Positions 37,579-46,352 of a DNA stretch of 64,000 nt are shown here, piece by piece (the first letter of the stretch is position 1; each line of letters opens with the position of its first letter). The position numbers and the translations under genes were made by a program. Source of the stretch: Candidatus Doudnabacteria bacterium (GTDB taxonomy: Bacteria; Patescibacteriota; Doudnabacteria; UBA920; 2-01-FULL-46-14). Below the pieces are notes generated by a model, which searched no databases, was not told the origin of the DNA, and saw nothing but the letters and a program-made list of their open reading frames with translations. The stretch is taken from the NCBI GenBank assembly GCA_041497195.1, contig JBGQGB010000001.1, positions 9,904-73,903 of the forward strand, read 5' to 3'.

Positions 37579-37902
37579 TCAGAGCGTTGACTCCGTCAGC
37601 CCGCCGCACTCGGAACTCTCTGGCGGATTCTGAAATCGACGGAAAGAAGCAAAAGCCGCCTCGACCACTTCCACCAGCACTTGGGCACAGTCAGTAGGCA
37701 TCTCGGGTTTCATGCAATTAATCCAGTCAACGATCAGGTCCTCGTGAAGGTCAACAGGCCGATTCGGCCACCGACGCATGGAGTCCTCAACAAAACCGAC
37801 TAACGCGTCAATAACCTTTTCTTCTGAGAGGCCGTACAGTCCCCCAAAGTAGCGCAATTTCGCGCAAATCTCACTTTCCACTTGGCCGAGCGTCCGCAGC
37901 AT
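37579..37902 (-). CDS. Hypothetical protein (107 aa)
   Basis: Complete ORF with a terminator downstream. No motif recognised. Confidence 0.4.
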   Translation of the reverse strand: MLRTLGQVESEICAKLRYFGGLYGLSEEKVIDALVGFVEDSMRRWPNRPVDLHEDLIVDWINCMKPEMPTDCAQVLVEVVEAAFASFRRFQNPPESSECGGLTESTL

Positions 37903-38239
37903 ACTCGCCTCCTTCGAGAAAAGATTGGATTGGTGTTTCCTGCAATTTCTTTTGGACCAGCGCGAGCAAAGTCATAGCTTGCTCGCTGGACAGGCGGCGT
38001 TTGAGGTAAGTCACTCTGATTCGCAAGGCGATGAACTTTTCCAAAAACTCGGGCACGTAGTCTCGCCTGAGGATTCGCACTGCCTCTTCAAAAGCAGACT
38101 CAAATTGCTCGCGCAAAAGAATATGGCACGCGATCGGAATCCTCTTTTCGCTCAGGAAACGCGCCTGTCTCATGCAATCCGCGAGTTCCCCCAGCAAAAC
38201 CTGCAAAGGGGGCGCCAGCGGTTTTTTGTTTTCGTACAT
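37871..38239 (-). CDS. Hypothetical protein (122 aa)
   Basis: ORF overlapping the next ORF by 32 nt, which suggests an operon. Confidence 0.4.
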   Translation of the reverse strand: MYENKKPLAPPLQVLLGELADCMRQARFLSEKRIPIACHILLREQFESAFEEAVRILRRDYVPEFLEKFIALRIRVTYLKRRLSSEQAMTLLALVQKKLQETPIQSFLEGGEYAADARPSGK

Positions 38240-38302
38240 AGCTTCCCCCTTTGTATCTGAAAATTCACCATACCACTGGGGGAAGAAAGAGTCAATGAGA
38301 TC

Positions 38303-38743
38303 CTAGAACTTCACGGGTTGGCCAGTCACTAGACCGTATCGCTGCACCGAGCCGGCGTTCAGCTCAAGCACAGTGTCAGCCACGTCTTTGCTGTGCACAC
38401 TGACTATCGGCGTGCCACCGAGAGGGGACGGCAAATCCGGGGCGATATCCACGATCTGATGATCCCGTATAAAAATTATGTCGAGGGGGAATTTCATGCC
38501 TCTCATCCAAAAATTTTGGATTCTGGGGTTGGAGTAGACGAATAACATCCCGCAGTTGGGACAAAGGGACGCGCGCCCGGACAGGCCCTGAATCTGTTTC
38601 GGCAGTGTGTCCGCGACTTCCACGCGAAACTGATTTGGGCCGATTGTGACTGTGTTCTCAGTCAGATGCCTGGAACGGACAAACCAAAACAAAAAACCTA
38701 AGATGACCACCAGGGTCAGTAGGAGCAAAAAGATCGACTTCAT
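38303..38743 (-). CDS. DUF192-family protein with N-terminal membrane anchor
   Basis: MKFPLDIIFI...V motif characteristic of DUF192. Confidence 0.6.
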   Translation of the reverse strand: MKSIFLLLLTLVVILGFLFWFVRSRHLTENTVTIGPNQFRVEVADTLPKQIQGLSGRASLCPNCGMLFVYSNPRIQNFWMRGMKFPLDIIFIRDHQIVDIAPDLPSPLGGTPIVSVHSKDVADTVLELNAGSVQRYGLVTGQPVKF

Positions 38744-39807
38744 ATTTTTTTTTGTTTACTGCGATACATAACGACTACGCCAATGGCCACTAAAAGCATT
38801 ATCACTCCCAAAATTAACAAAGCCACCAATTTGCCCAGTGACTGAAGAAATACAGCCACCCCGCCGAACACTGCTGCCAAAAAATACAAAAACAGGACAG
38901 CTTGGCGTTGCGACAGTCCGATATCCAAGAGACGAAAATGCAAGTGCTTCTTGTCCCCGACAAAAGGCGAAGCTCGAAACAACAGCCTTCTGGTAATCAC
39001 CCAGGCCGCATCCAAAATCGGAATACCCAACACCAAAAGCGCAGTAGCGATCTTCCCGCCGGAAATGACGGCAAGAGTGCCGATCATGAAACCCGTGAAA
39101 GTACTCCCCCCTTCTCCCAAAAAAATTCTGGCTGGAAAAAAATTGTGCGGCAAAAATCCCAAAGCCGCGGCAGCAAAAATCAAGGCCAAAAAAGCGGTCG
39201 TCGTTTGATTGACGGCTGGGCCTAGTGACAAACCGAAAATCACCAGGCCGGCAATGACAGAAACCCCGCTGACCAAGCCATCCATTCCGTCAAGAAATTT
39301 CGTCGTGTACGTTATGCCTAAAATCCAGGCAAACACAAACAAGCTGCCAAACACCGGATAGCCTCCTAGCTTGAACCGGTCCAGAAGTATCGGGCCGCCC
39401 AAAGGGTTGGTCACATAGGAAATATGTGTGCCGGTCAGGACCACGAGCGCTGCGGCGGTAACCGGAAACCAGATCTGCACAGAGGCGGGGAGATCATATT
39501 TGTCGTCCAAAATCCCGCCAATCAAAAGTATCGCCCCCCCCAATACCAGCCCGACCAACTGGAGCGCTGAAATCTCGTCCGTCCCGCCCAGCCAGGCTAA
39601 AACCATAACCCCACCGACAAAACTCAAAAAAATCGCCACGCCTCCCAGCTTGGGCATGGGCTTGGTGTGGATTTTCCTGTCCCGGTCCGGCCAATCATGA
39701 ATCCCCAGATGAGCAGCCAACATGCGCACGAGCTTTGTCACAAAAAAAGAAACGACTAGCGTCGCCAGAAAAAAAATGAGGAAATAGAGATTACGATTTG
39801 GAAGCAT
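38740..39807 (-). CDS. Polyprenyl-phosphate N-acetylhexosamine-1-phosphate transferase (WecA/TagO/MraY family)
   Basis: HTKPMPKLGGVAIF, ILDDKYDL, and ILDAAWVITRRL. Has about 10 TM segments over 355 aa. Confidence 0.8.
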   Translation of the reverse strand: MLPNRNLYFLIFFLATLVVSFFVTKLVRMLAAHLGIHDWPDRDRKIHTKPMPKLGGVAIFLSFVGGVMVLAWLGGTDEISALQLVGLVLGGAILLIGGILDDKYDLPASVQIWFPVTAAALVVLTGTHISYVTNPLGGPILLDRFKLGGYPVFGSLFVFAWILGITYTTKFLDGMDGLVSGVSVIAGLVIFGLSLGPAVNQTTTAFLALIFAAAALGFLPHNFFPARIFLGEGGSTFTGFMIGTLAVISGGKIATALLVLGIPILDAAWVITRRLLFRASPFVGDKKHLHFRLLDIGLSQRQAVLFLYFLAAVFGGVAVFLQSLGKLVALLILGVIMLLVAIGVVVMYRSKQKKI

Positions 39808-41452
39808 GGTGGAACACCATAGCTGGCTCCTTGATCTCGCTCTTGCGCGCTTTCGGCGTTACCCAAAACTCCATGTATTTTCCCAGCATCAGGCGAGTTT
39901 GGGCATCCACTGCCGGGGCCGAACCAAACACAGTCGATACCAACGGGACAAAAACCCACTGCAAAATCATATTTAGGGTCCGCCAGCGAGAATACCCGGC
40001 CGGCCGGGAAGGAATCAGCACCATATTGATATATACGGAAAAGATCAAAAATACCGTGGCAATCTGCATTATCGAACTGGTTAAAACCGGCAAATTGAAA
40101 GCCAGGACCTGGTCCCCGAACCGGCCCGCCCCCAAGAGCAACGGCAACCAGCCCAATGCCGTAATCATGATTGACGCAGTCGCCCAGAAATAAAATCCTT
40201 CGAGCATCCGCTCAGTGTACAAAAGTTTTTTCCAGAGCGGAATTTGCCGGTCGGCCCAAGCATTGGTGGCAAGATAAGGAAAATTTTCGATGCCCCAGGC
40301 CCAGCGCCGTTTCTGCTTGTATTGACCTATCAAAGTTTTCCAATAGCTCTCGTCAAGCATCGCGTCGAGCGAAACCGTGGTAAAAATCGGCTCAGTTCTG
40401 TAGTTGCCGTGGTACTTCAACCAACAACGCCAAAAAATCTGGGAGTCATCGGAAATCACATCTACCGCCCAGTAGTCCACCTCGATAAGAGCCTTCAGGG
40501 TCATCGCGTGAGAGGAAAAAGTCACGAGCCTATCCGGGCGGCTCGCCTCGACCATCTGCCAAAAAGAATTGGCCACCGCGACCACTCGGGTGATGGCCGG
40601 CGCGTCCCAAATGTTGTTATTGTAGACCGGCATGGGCTGATAGCTGGTGTGATAAGGATCAGGCGACGTCAGAAACGCATAGGTCAAATAAGAAAAATAA
40701 TTTTTTGCGACCACTGTATCCGAATCAAAAGCCGAAACCAAAACATTCTGAAGCGGGATGTTCAAGTCACGCATTATCTCAACTGCCTTTTTCGCAGCAT
40801 AAGTGATATTGGCACCTTTGGCCTTGATCTCACCGGAAATGCCGTCCGGATGCATGATGGCCTCAAAGCGGTAAAACAGCCGGCCATAGCGCTCTCTGAG
40901 AATCTCGGCATGGCGGGTCGCTCTGACAAAATCGCGTCCTTCCGTGGCCAAAACAAAAAAAATCTGGTCTTTGGGAAAACCCGCTTCAGCGATAGAGCGG
41001 ACGGAGTTGTCCAAAACTTCCAGATCTTCCTTGTAGGTTGGTAACAAAACCAAATGAAAAACTTTCCGGTAGTCGAGATTGCGCCCGGAAAAATCAACCT
41101 TGTCCAGGCGCTTCAATTCTGTTTCCAAATCCTGCCGTTCCCGTCTGGAACTGGCAACCTCTTTTTGCCGCCGCAATGAGCTTTTGTAAGTTTCGAGGTT
41201 TAAGAGCATCTCCAAACGCCCGTGGAAATCGTAATGAGCATATAGTTTCAGCTTGAAAAAACTGCTCAAGAGATGGAGAGCGGTATTGATCGCTTTGAGC
41301 ACCCAGTAGAGGTCAAACAAAATAATGTAAATCGCCACCCAAGCCGGAGCTATACGGGAAAAAATTATCGCTCCGACAAAAGTCAACCAAACTAAAAGAC
41401 CGGGGACGATCTCCAAAGCGCGGTAGGCCGGAGTTTTTTGTGTGGTCTGCAT
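39791..41452 (-). CDS. Membrane-embedded processive GT2 glycosyltransferase (cellulose-synthase-like)
   Basis: DSD (DxD) and QYKQKRRWAWG (QxxRW). Two N-terminal TM segments plus C-terminal TM segments. Confidence 0.75.
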   Translation of the reverse strand: MQTTQKTPAYRALEIVPGLLVWLTFVGAIIFSRIAPAWVAIYIILFDLYWVLKAINTALHLLSSFFKLKLYAHYDFHGRLEMLLNLETYKSSLRRQKEVASSRRERQDLETELKRLDKVDFSGRNLDYRKVFHLVLLPTYKEDLEVLDNSVRSIAEAGFPKDQIFFVLATEGRDFVRATRHAEILRERYGRLFYRFEAIMHPDGISGEIKAKGANITYAAKKAVEIMRDLNIPLQNVLVSAFDSDTVVAKNYFSYLTYAFLTSPDPYHTSYQPMPVYNNNIWDAPAITRVVAVANSFWQMVEASRPDRLVTFSSHAMTLKALIEVDYWAVDVISDDSQIFWRCWLKYHGNYRTEPIFTTVSLDAMLDESYWKTLIGQYKQKRRWAWGIENFPYLATNAWADRQIPLWKKLLYTERMLEGFYFWATASIMITALGWLPLLLGAGRFGDQVLAFNLPVLTSSIMQIATVFLIFSVYINMVLIPSRPAGYSRWRTLNMILQWVFVPLVSTVFGSAPAVDAQTRLMLGKYMEFWVTPKARKSEIKEPAMVFHHASKS

Positions 41453-41453
41453 T

Positions 41454-41828
41454 TCAAGAATTCAAAATTAGAAGCGGGGCCAGGGCCACCGCCAGCATGA
41501 GTTGCGCTGCCAGGGCTACGAAAACAAAAAAGTAGCTGAAGAGTTTTTCCTGTTCATACAGCCATTTGCCCAAATAAAAATTGACCGCAAGAATCGACAA
41601 ACCCGCACCCGGCAACTGATAAAGTTTGCGCGCAGCTCCGACGAAATCAATCCCATAGACCACATTAAAATGCAGCGGAATCAGATCCTGTGAGTATCCG
41701 AACTTGCTCCAAAGCAAAATCCAGAGTATAATATTGATAAGTAAAGAAACGCCTAAAGAAACCAAAATCGACCTGTCGCGTAGATAAGTGCTGGGGGAAT
41801 TTGAGAAAATAGTTGAGTTGTCAGTCAT
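41454..41828 (-). CDS. Small membrane protein, hypothetical
   Basis: ORF with three predicted TM helices. ATG start MTDNSTIF chosen over the upstream TTG. Confidence 0.4.
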   Translation of the reverse strand: MTDNSTIFSNSPSTYLRDRSILVSLGVSLLINIILWILLWSKFGYSQDLIPLHFNVVYGIDFVGAARKLYQLPGAGLSILAVNFYLGKWLYEQEKLFSYFFVFVALAAQLMLAVALAPLLILNS

Positions 41829-41869
41829 TTTTATCCCTTGCAGTGTAACAAAAATACCCAATTTATTCA

Positions 41870-43696
41870 ATGACTAGATTTTTTGAAGCCAACCACAAAT
41901 TGCTGGCCGTTTTGATGTTTGCCACCATGCTCGCCCTCGGCATCAGCAGCATGGCCGGGGACTCCGGAATCGTGGACGAAATCGCGCACATTCCGGCAGG
42001 CTACAGCTACCTGCGTTTCGGCGACTATCGCCTCAATCCGGAACACCCGCCGCTACTCAAAGAACTGGCAGCCGTACCGCTGCTGTTCATGCACCTCAAA
42101 TTTCCAACCACCATCTCAGCCTGGACCACGGAACCGAACGGGCAATGGGAAACTGGCTGGAATTTTATTTATCATATCGGAAATAACGCCGACCGCATCC
42201 TATTTGTGGCGCGGCTACCGATTTTGCTTCTGGCCATAGTGTTTGGATATGTTCTGTACTGGTGGACGAAAAAAAGATACGGGATTGAGACAGGTCTGCT
42301 GGTCTTGTTTTTGTACTCACTTTCGCCGAACATACTCGCGCATGCCCGGCTGGTGACCACGGATCTGGGCATTGCCGCTTTTGTATTTTTTGCGTTCATC
42401 ACCTATTTCCGGTTTTTGGAAAAACCAACCTGGAAACATCTCTGGCTTGCCACCACATTTTTTACCCTGGTCCAGCTGGCCAAATTCTCCGCAGTCCTGC
42501 TCTATCCGTTTTTTGACCTTTTGGCAGTCATTGCGGTAGCAACCTGGACCAGACCGCAAATCTGGCGGCAGCGGGTAAAAATCTATCTCGGGGGACTGAT
42601 TTTTATCTACGTGATAAGTTTTCTGCTGATCTGGATTTTCTATGTTTACCCGACGTGGAACATGCCTCACGATGTGCAAACGCGGCTCATTACCAGTTCG
42701 CTTCAGTACGGCCTGGGGGCCAAAGTCGCAAATATCCTCGTTAAACTCAGCGCCCTCCCTGGCATGAAACCGATAGTGCAATTCCTCCTGGGTGTGGCCA
42801 TGGTTTTCAACCGAGTCAAAGGCGGCAACACCACCTACTTCCTCGGCCAAGTCAGCAACCAAAGCTTCAAATGGTATTTCCCCTTGACATACTTTATCAA
42901 AGAACCGGTGACCCTGCTGTTTTTGGCCATGCTGGCGATCTTTTCCGGCCTGGCGCGGTATCTGAAAAAAACCCCTTACAAAATCTGGGTTAATTTTAAA
43001 TCGTACGCGCAGAACAATTTCGTGGAATTGTCTTTTATTTTATTCATCCTTTTTTACGCTTATGTTTCCATTTCGGGCAACCTCAATCTCGGAATCCGCC
43101 ATCTCTTTCCCATCCTACCCATCATCTATCTCCTGGTCGCCAAACATACTGTCAATTTTGTGAAAAAAGCGAATACTCCTACGCTACGCGACAGTTTTGG
43201 CTGGATCTTGGGCGCGCTTCTGGTTTGGTACCTGTTTGCCAATCTCTCTATCTACCCTCATTACGTCGCCTATTTCAACGAGGTAATCGGCGGTCCGGGC
43301 AATGCCTATAAATACGTCAGCGACTCCAATGTGGACTGGGGCCAGGACCTCAAACATCTAAAGAATTACGTAGTCGCTCATCCGGAGATCAAAAAAATCG
43401 CGATTGATTACTTTGGCGGCGGCGATCCGAAATACTATTTCTGCCCCCGCAAATACGATGCCCAAAGCAATCTCATTGCCAATTCTTCGGGATATGACTG
43501 CTCCAAATCTGTCTTCCTGGAGTGGCACGCGGAAAACGGGCATCCGCCCGCCAACTATATCGCCGTGTCGGAAACTTTTTTGACGAATGACTTGTATTGG
43601 GCGCCGATGCGTAAAGACGGGGGCTACGCCTGGCTGCGCGCAATGACCCCAATAGCCAAGATCGGGTATTCGATTTACGTGTATAAGATAAAATAG
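41870..43696 (+). CDS. GT-C glycosyltransferase, protein O-mannosyltransferase (PMT/GT39)-like
   Basis: GIVDEIAHIPAGYSYLRFGDYRLNPEHPPLLKEL resembles the yeast Pmt1 loop-1 VVFDEVHFG...MDVHPPLAKML. More than 10 TM segments. Confidence 0.75.
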   Translation: MTRFFEANHKLLAVLMFATMLALGISSMAGDSGIVDEIAHIPAGYSYLRFGDYRLNPEHPPLLKELAAVPLLFMHLKFPTTISAWTTEPNGQWETGWNFIYHIGNNADRILFVARLPILLLAIVFGYVLYWWTKKRYGIETGLLVLFLYSLSPNILAHARLVTTDLGIAAFVFFAFITYFRFLEKPTWKHLWLATTFFTLVQLAKFSAVLLYPFFDLLAVIAVATWTRPQIWRQRVKIYLGGLIFIYVISFLLIWIFYVYPTWNMPHDVQTRLITSSLQYGLGAKVANILVKLSALPGMKPIVQFLLGVAMVFNRVKGGNTTYFLGQVSNQSFKWYFPLTYFIKEPVTLLFLAMLAIFSGLARYLKKTPYKIWVNFKSYAQNNFVELSFILFILFYAYVSISGNLNLGIRHLFPILPIIYLLVAKHTVNFVKKANTPTLRDSFGWILGALLVWYLFANLSIYPHYVAYFNEVIGGPGNAYKYVSDSNVDWGQDLKHLKNYVVAHPEIKKIAIDYFGGGDPKYYFCPRKYDAQSNLIANSSGYDCSKSVFLEWHAENGHPPANYIAVSETFLTNDLYWAPMRKDGGYAWLRAMTPIAKIGYSIYVYKIK

Positions 43697-43721
43697 GGAC
43701 TCAAGTCCGACTCCCATCAGG

Positions 43722-43760
43722 CGCCTAGACCAAAAATCGCCCCCTAGGCGGTTTTTTGTT
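43722..43760 (+). terminator. Putative terminator after PMT-like gene
   Basis: cgcctag-15 nt loop-ctaggcg followed by gttttttgtt. Confidence 0.4.
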
Positions 43761-43783
43761 AGAAAAGGAGTTTTTCGGCTTTC

Positions 43784-43812
43784 TTGACACTTCTGAAAAA
43801 CAATACTAAGAT
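43784..43812 (+). promoter_or_regulatory. Candidate sigma70-type promoter for the two-gene cassette
   Basis: TTGACA-N17-TAAGAT, lying 28 nt upstream of the aaggagg RBS. Confidence 0.45.
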
Positions 43813-43839
43813 AAAAAGTCACAAATCCAAGGAGGTGTC

Positions 43840-44073
43840 ATGCCTAGACACTGTATTGATCCCAAAGTCGGGAGGCTTTGGCGGGATTGTGTTGACGGTA
43901 AGCTGATGAAGCGTGGAAGAGAAAAAGATGCCAAGAGCTTCGGCGAACATGTTCGCAGGTGTGGATCTTGTAAGCGAGTATTGATCGAACACGCTCATCG
44001 GGAAGTTGCAATTCCTACCATAAAATCAATCCTTCGCCACCACCACCGCCACGTCAAAAACTCCGCGAGGTAA
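43840..44073 (+). CDS. Small basic Cys4 / His-rich protein (77 aa)
   Basis: RBS aaggagg. Cys at 5, 17, 41 and 44 (C...C...CxxC). C-terminal RHHHRH. pI strongly basic. Confidence 0.5.
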   Translation: MPRHCIDPKVGRLWRDCVDGKLMKRGREKDAKSFGEHVRRCGSCKRVLIEHAHREVAIPTIKSILRHHHRHVKNSAR

Positions 44074-44124
44074 CACTCTCACAAGAGTAATATTAGTCCA
44101 AACAAATTACAAAGGAGGAAGACA

Positions 44125-44634
44125 ATGAGGGGAAGAGCTACGAGACCACCAAATCGACACGTTGTTCTGTACGGCGACAAGGTCTATGACTTCTTTCAAA
44201 AACTGGGCGAACGGCTCGAACGGTTCGGGGGGTGGCGTATGCCTCTCTTTCTTTTCTGCCTGGTGATGCTGATGCACCACTACGCTGTTTCTAATGTTTA
44301 CCCGACGCACGAGTCAACTGTTGTCGTCGGGCACGTGCTCACCGCCGATGAAATCAAAACCCTAGGTCTGAAGTCTCCACAGGCGGAGGCTGCCGACCTT
44401 GATAAGCGAGTAGCACTGGCTTCAATGCTATCCCCGGAACCAATGGCGGCAACGCTTATACAAACATATTGGTTGAAACTTCCAATTCGGGTTCCCGGGC
44501 AAGATAGTTTGGTCTACCTTCCGGTACGCCGACAATCTGCGCATGACCTGATGGGACAAACAGTAAAGCTGCGAAAGGAATCGACAGTGCTTCGTGGGAA
44601 GGTTCTCGCGGTGTCATACGAGTTCCTGCAATAG
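44125..44634 (+). CDS. Hypothetical single-pass membrane protein (169 aa)
   Basis: RBS aaaggagga. TM helix MPLFLFCLVMLMHHYAV. Confidence 0.5.
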   Translation: MRGRATRPPNRHVVLYGDKVYDFFQKLGERLERFGGWRMPLFLFCLVMLMHHYAVSNVYPTHESTVVVGHVLTADEIKTLGLKSPQAEAADLDKRVALASMLSPEPMAATLIQTYWLKLPIRVPGQDSLVYLPVRRQSAHDLMGQTVKLRKESTVLRGKVLAVSYEFLQ

Positions 44635-44645
44635 GCAATCCAAGA

Positions 44646-44688
44646 GGAGCGACTGTGCTGCACAGGCAGTCGCTCCCTCTTTTTTTAT
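44646..44688 (+). terminator. Rho-independent terminator
   Basis: ggagcgactgtgc...gcacaggcagtcgctcc followed by ctcttttttt. Confidence 0.6.
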
Positions 44689-44727
44689 CAAATTAAACCT
44701 AAAGTTGTTTCCAAGCCTGCAAATTTT

Positions 44728-45402
44728 TCAGCTTATCACCGTTCCTTTGAAAGGACGGTTTTTCAGTATCGCATCGAGATTTTTGAGATTGCGGCCGTTG
44801 GCTATGAAAACTGACACACCAAGTTTTTGCGCGAGCTCGGCTGCGACTGGATCAAACGGCACATGGGCGCCCGGTTTCCATTTGGCGCCGAATATTTTTC
44901 GAAATTCCGCCCAGGTCATTTTGGTAATTTTCCTGGCGCGCCTGTCTTTTCTTGGATCTGCAGTGTAAACATAATCAACATTCGAGAGATTGATGACAGT
45001 TTTGGCCCCATGAGTCTGCGCGATGCAGACGGCGTCATAATCGGTAGAATGTCCCGGTTTCCAGCCGGAAAAAACTTGGATTCGTCTAGATGTCTTCACT
45101 TTCTCGCGCGGATCAGAGATTACGGACTCGTACGCAGAAACACCAAATATTGACCTGACCAGCTCGGCATTAACTTTTGTCGGCGCGATGCCCAGCCAAT
45201 CCAAATCTTCGTTGCTGATTTTGGCAATCTGTTTGGCCGCAGCCTGATAGTCCCTGGTTACTTTTCCCCCGCCCGTGACAATATAAAAATTATTGCCCCG
45301 GCTGCTCAAATTCAAAACCAGCCGGCGAAACCGCCGCAAGAAAGACACTTGAATTTGCCCCGGATTGATTATTGAACCTCCTAGAGAAATCACGTAGTTC
45401 AT
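44728..45402 (-). CDS. pyrH: UMP kinase-like protein (amino-acid kinase family)
   Basis: MNYVISLGGSII and FYIVTGGGK motifs. Start set to MNYV. The symbol is tentative. Confidence 0.55.
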   Translation of the reverse strand: MNYVISLGGSIINPGQIQVSFLRRFRRLVLNLSSRGNNFYIVTGGGKVTRDYQAAAKQIAKISNEDLDWLGIAPTKVNAELVRSIFGVSAYESVISDPREKVKTSRRIQVFSGWKPGHSTDYDAVCIAQTHGAKTVINLSNVDYVYTADPRKDRRARKITKMTWAEFRKIFGAKWKPGAHVPFDPVAAELAQKLGVSVFIANGRNLKNLDAILKNRPFKGTVIS

Positions 45403-46352
45403 AGGATTGGTGAAGTGCTGGTAGCATTCTCGGGCGCGCAAGGCGCGTCCTTATAACAATAATACGCAGTCGTGGCTAGGCGCAAATCAATGTACGACAA
45501 CCCAGCATATGTCTCGGGCTTGATGGCCTGATTTAGCAGCAGCGCCAAGTTGCTCAGCTGCGTCTTTACACTGCGCCCCAGGTCGAAATAAACGCTGAAA
45601 CCTATTCCAGTCTTGATGAAAATATCCAGACTGAGGCTTCCGGGCAGGGAAAAACCCTGTACACTGGTCTGCGTTACCGTCTGCGGCCACGCAGTTTCCA
45701 CGCTGTCAACGAAATTGAGAATCCCGGAGACGTCCAGGTGCTGACCCGGCTGGACTGGTTCTCCTGTCTGGTCAGTGATCAGCACTTCCGGATAAGCAGT
45801 AAGCTGATAGTCAAGAATTTTTTGAAACACGACCCCGTCCTGGTCCAACAAATAATAATCCTGGCCAGCATGCCACACATATTTCGGCTGCCGCAGTTCG
45901 AGGGAAAGCTCGATTTTGTTCGGCAGCTCTCGTTTGAAACTAGTAATCCCGCGAATCTGCGGCAGTTCATTCTGCAAAGCCCTCAACAACCGCGCCTTGG
46001 TCAAAAGCACCATATGATTGCTCGGGATCAAATAAACGCGATGCTGCTCCATGGCATGTAGAGCCTCACTTATTTGCGAATTGTCCAGATCGCTATTGTG
46101 CACGACAGCCGCTCGAACTAAAAACGTTTGCGAAATAGTCAAAAAATAAACCACTACCAGCAAGACAATTGTGGCGACTGCTCTGGAAAAAATCGAGCCA
46201 AGACCCAGCCTTTGCAAAACTCGGGCCCAAAACCCTTCAGGGACCGGGTCGGTCTTTCTTTGAAATTGCCTGGCCTGCTTAAGCTTTCTTTGAAACTCCG
46301 GGCGCCTGAACCGGAACTGCTTACGCGCCGATTTTTTCCAAACGTCAAACAT
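45399..46352 (-). CDS. ftsQ: Cell division protein FtsQ/DivIB-like
   Basis: N-terminal basic region, a single TM and a POTRA-like domain, lying immediately downstream of ddl. Confidence 0.6.
   Translation of the reverse strand: MFDVWKKSARKQFRFRRPEFQRKLKQARQFQRKTDPVPEGFWARVLQRLGLGSIFSRAVATIVLLVVVYFLTISQTFLVRAAVVHNSDLDNSQISEALHAMEQHRVYLIPSNHMVLLTKARLLRALQNELPQIRGITSFKRELPNKIELSLELRQPKYVWHAGQDYYLLDQDGVVFQKILDYQLTAYPEVLITDQTGEPVQPGQHLDVSGILNFVDSVETAWPQTVTQTSVQGFSLPGSLSLDIFIKTGIGFSVYFDLGRSVKTQLSNLALLLNQAIKPETYAGLSYIDLRLATTAYYCYKDAPCAPENATSTSPIL

Noticed and set aside
44738-44760. Hairpin accgttcctttgaaaggacggt near 44740
   Set aside because: It lies inside the 3' end of the pyrH-like coding region and lacks a following T-run on the relevant strand, so it is probably coincidental.
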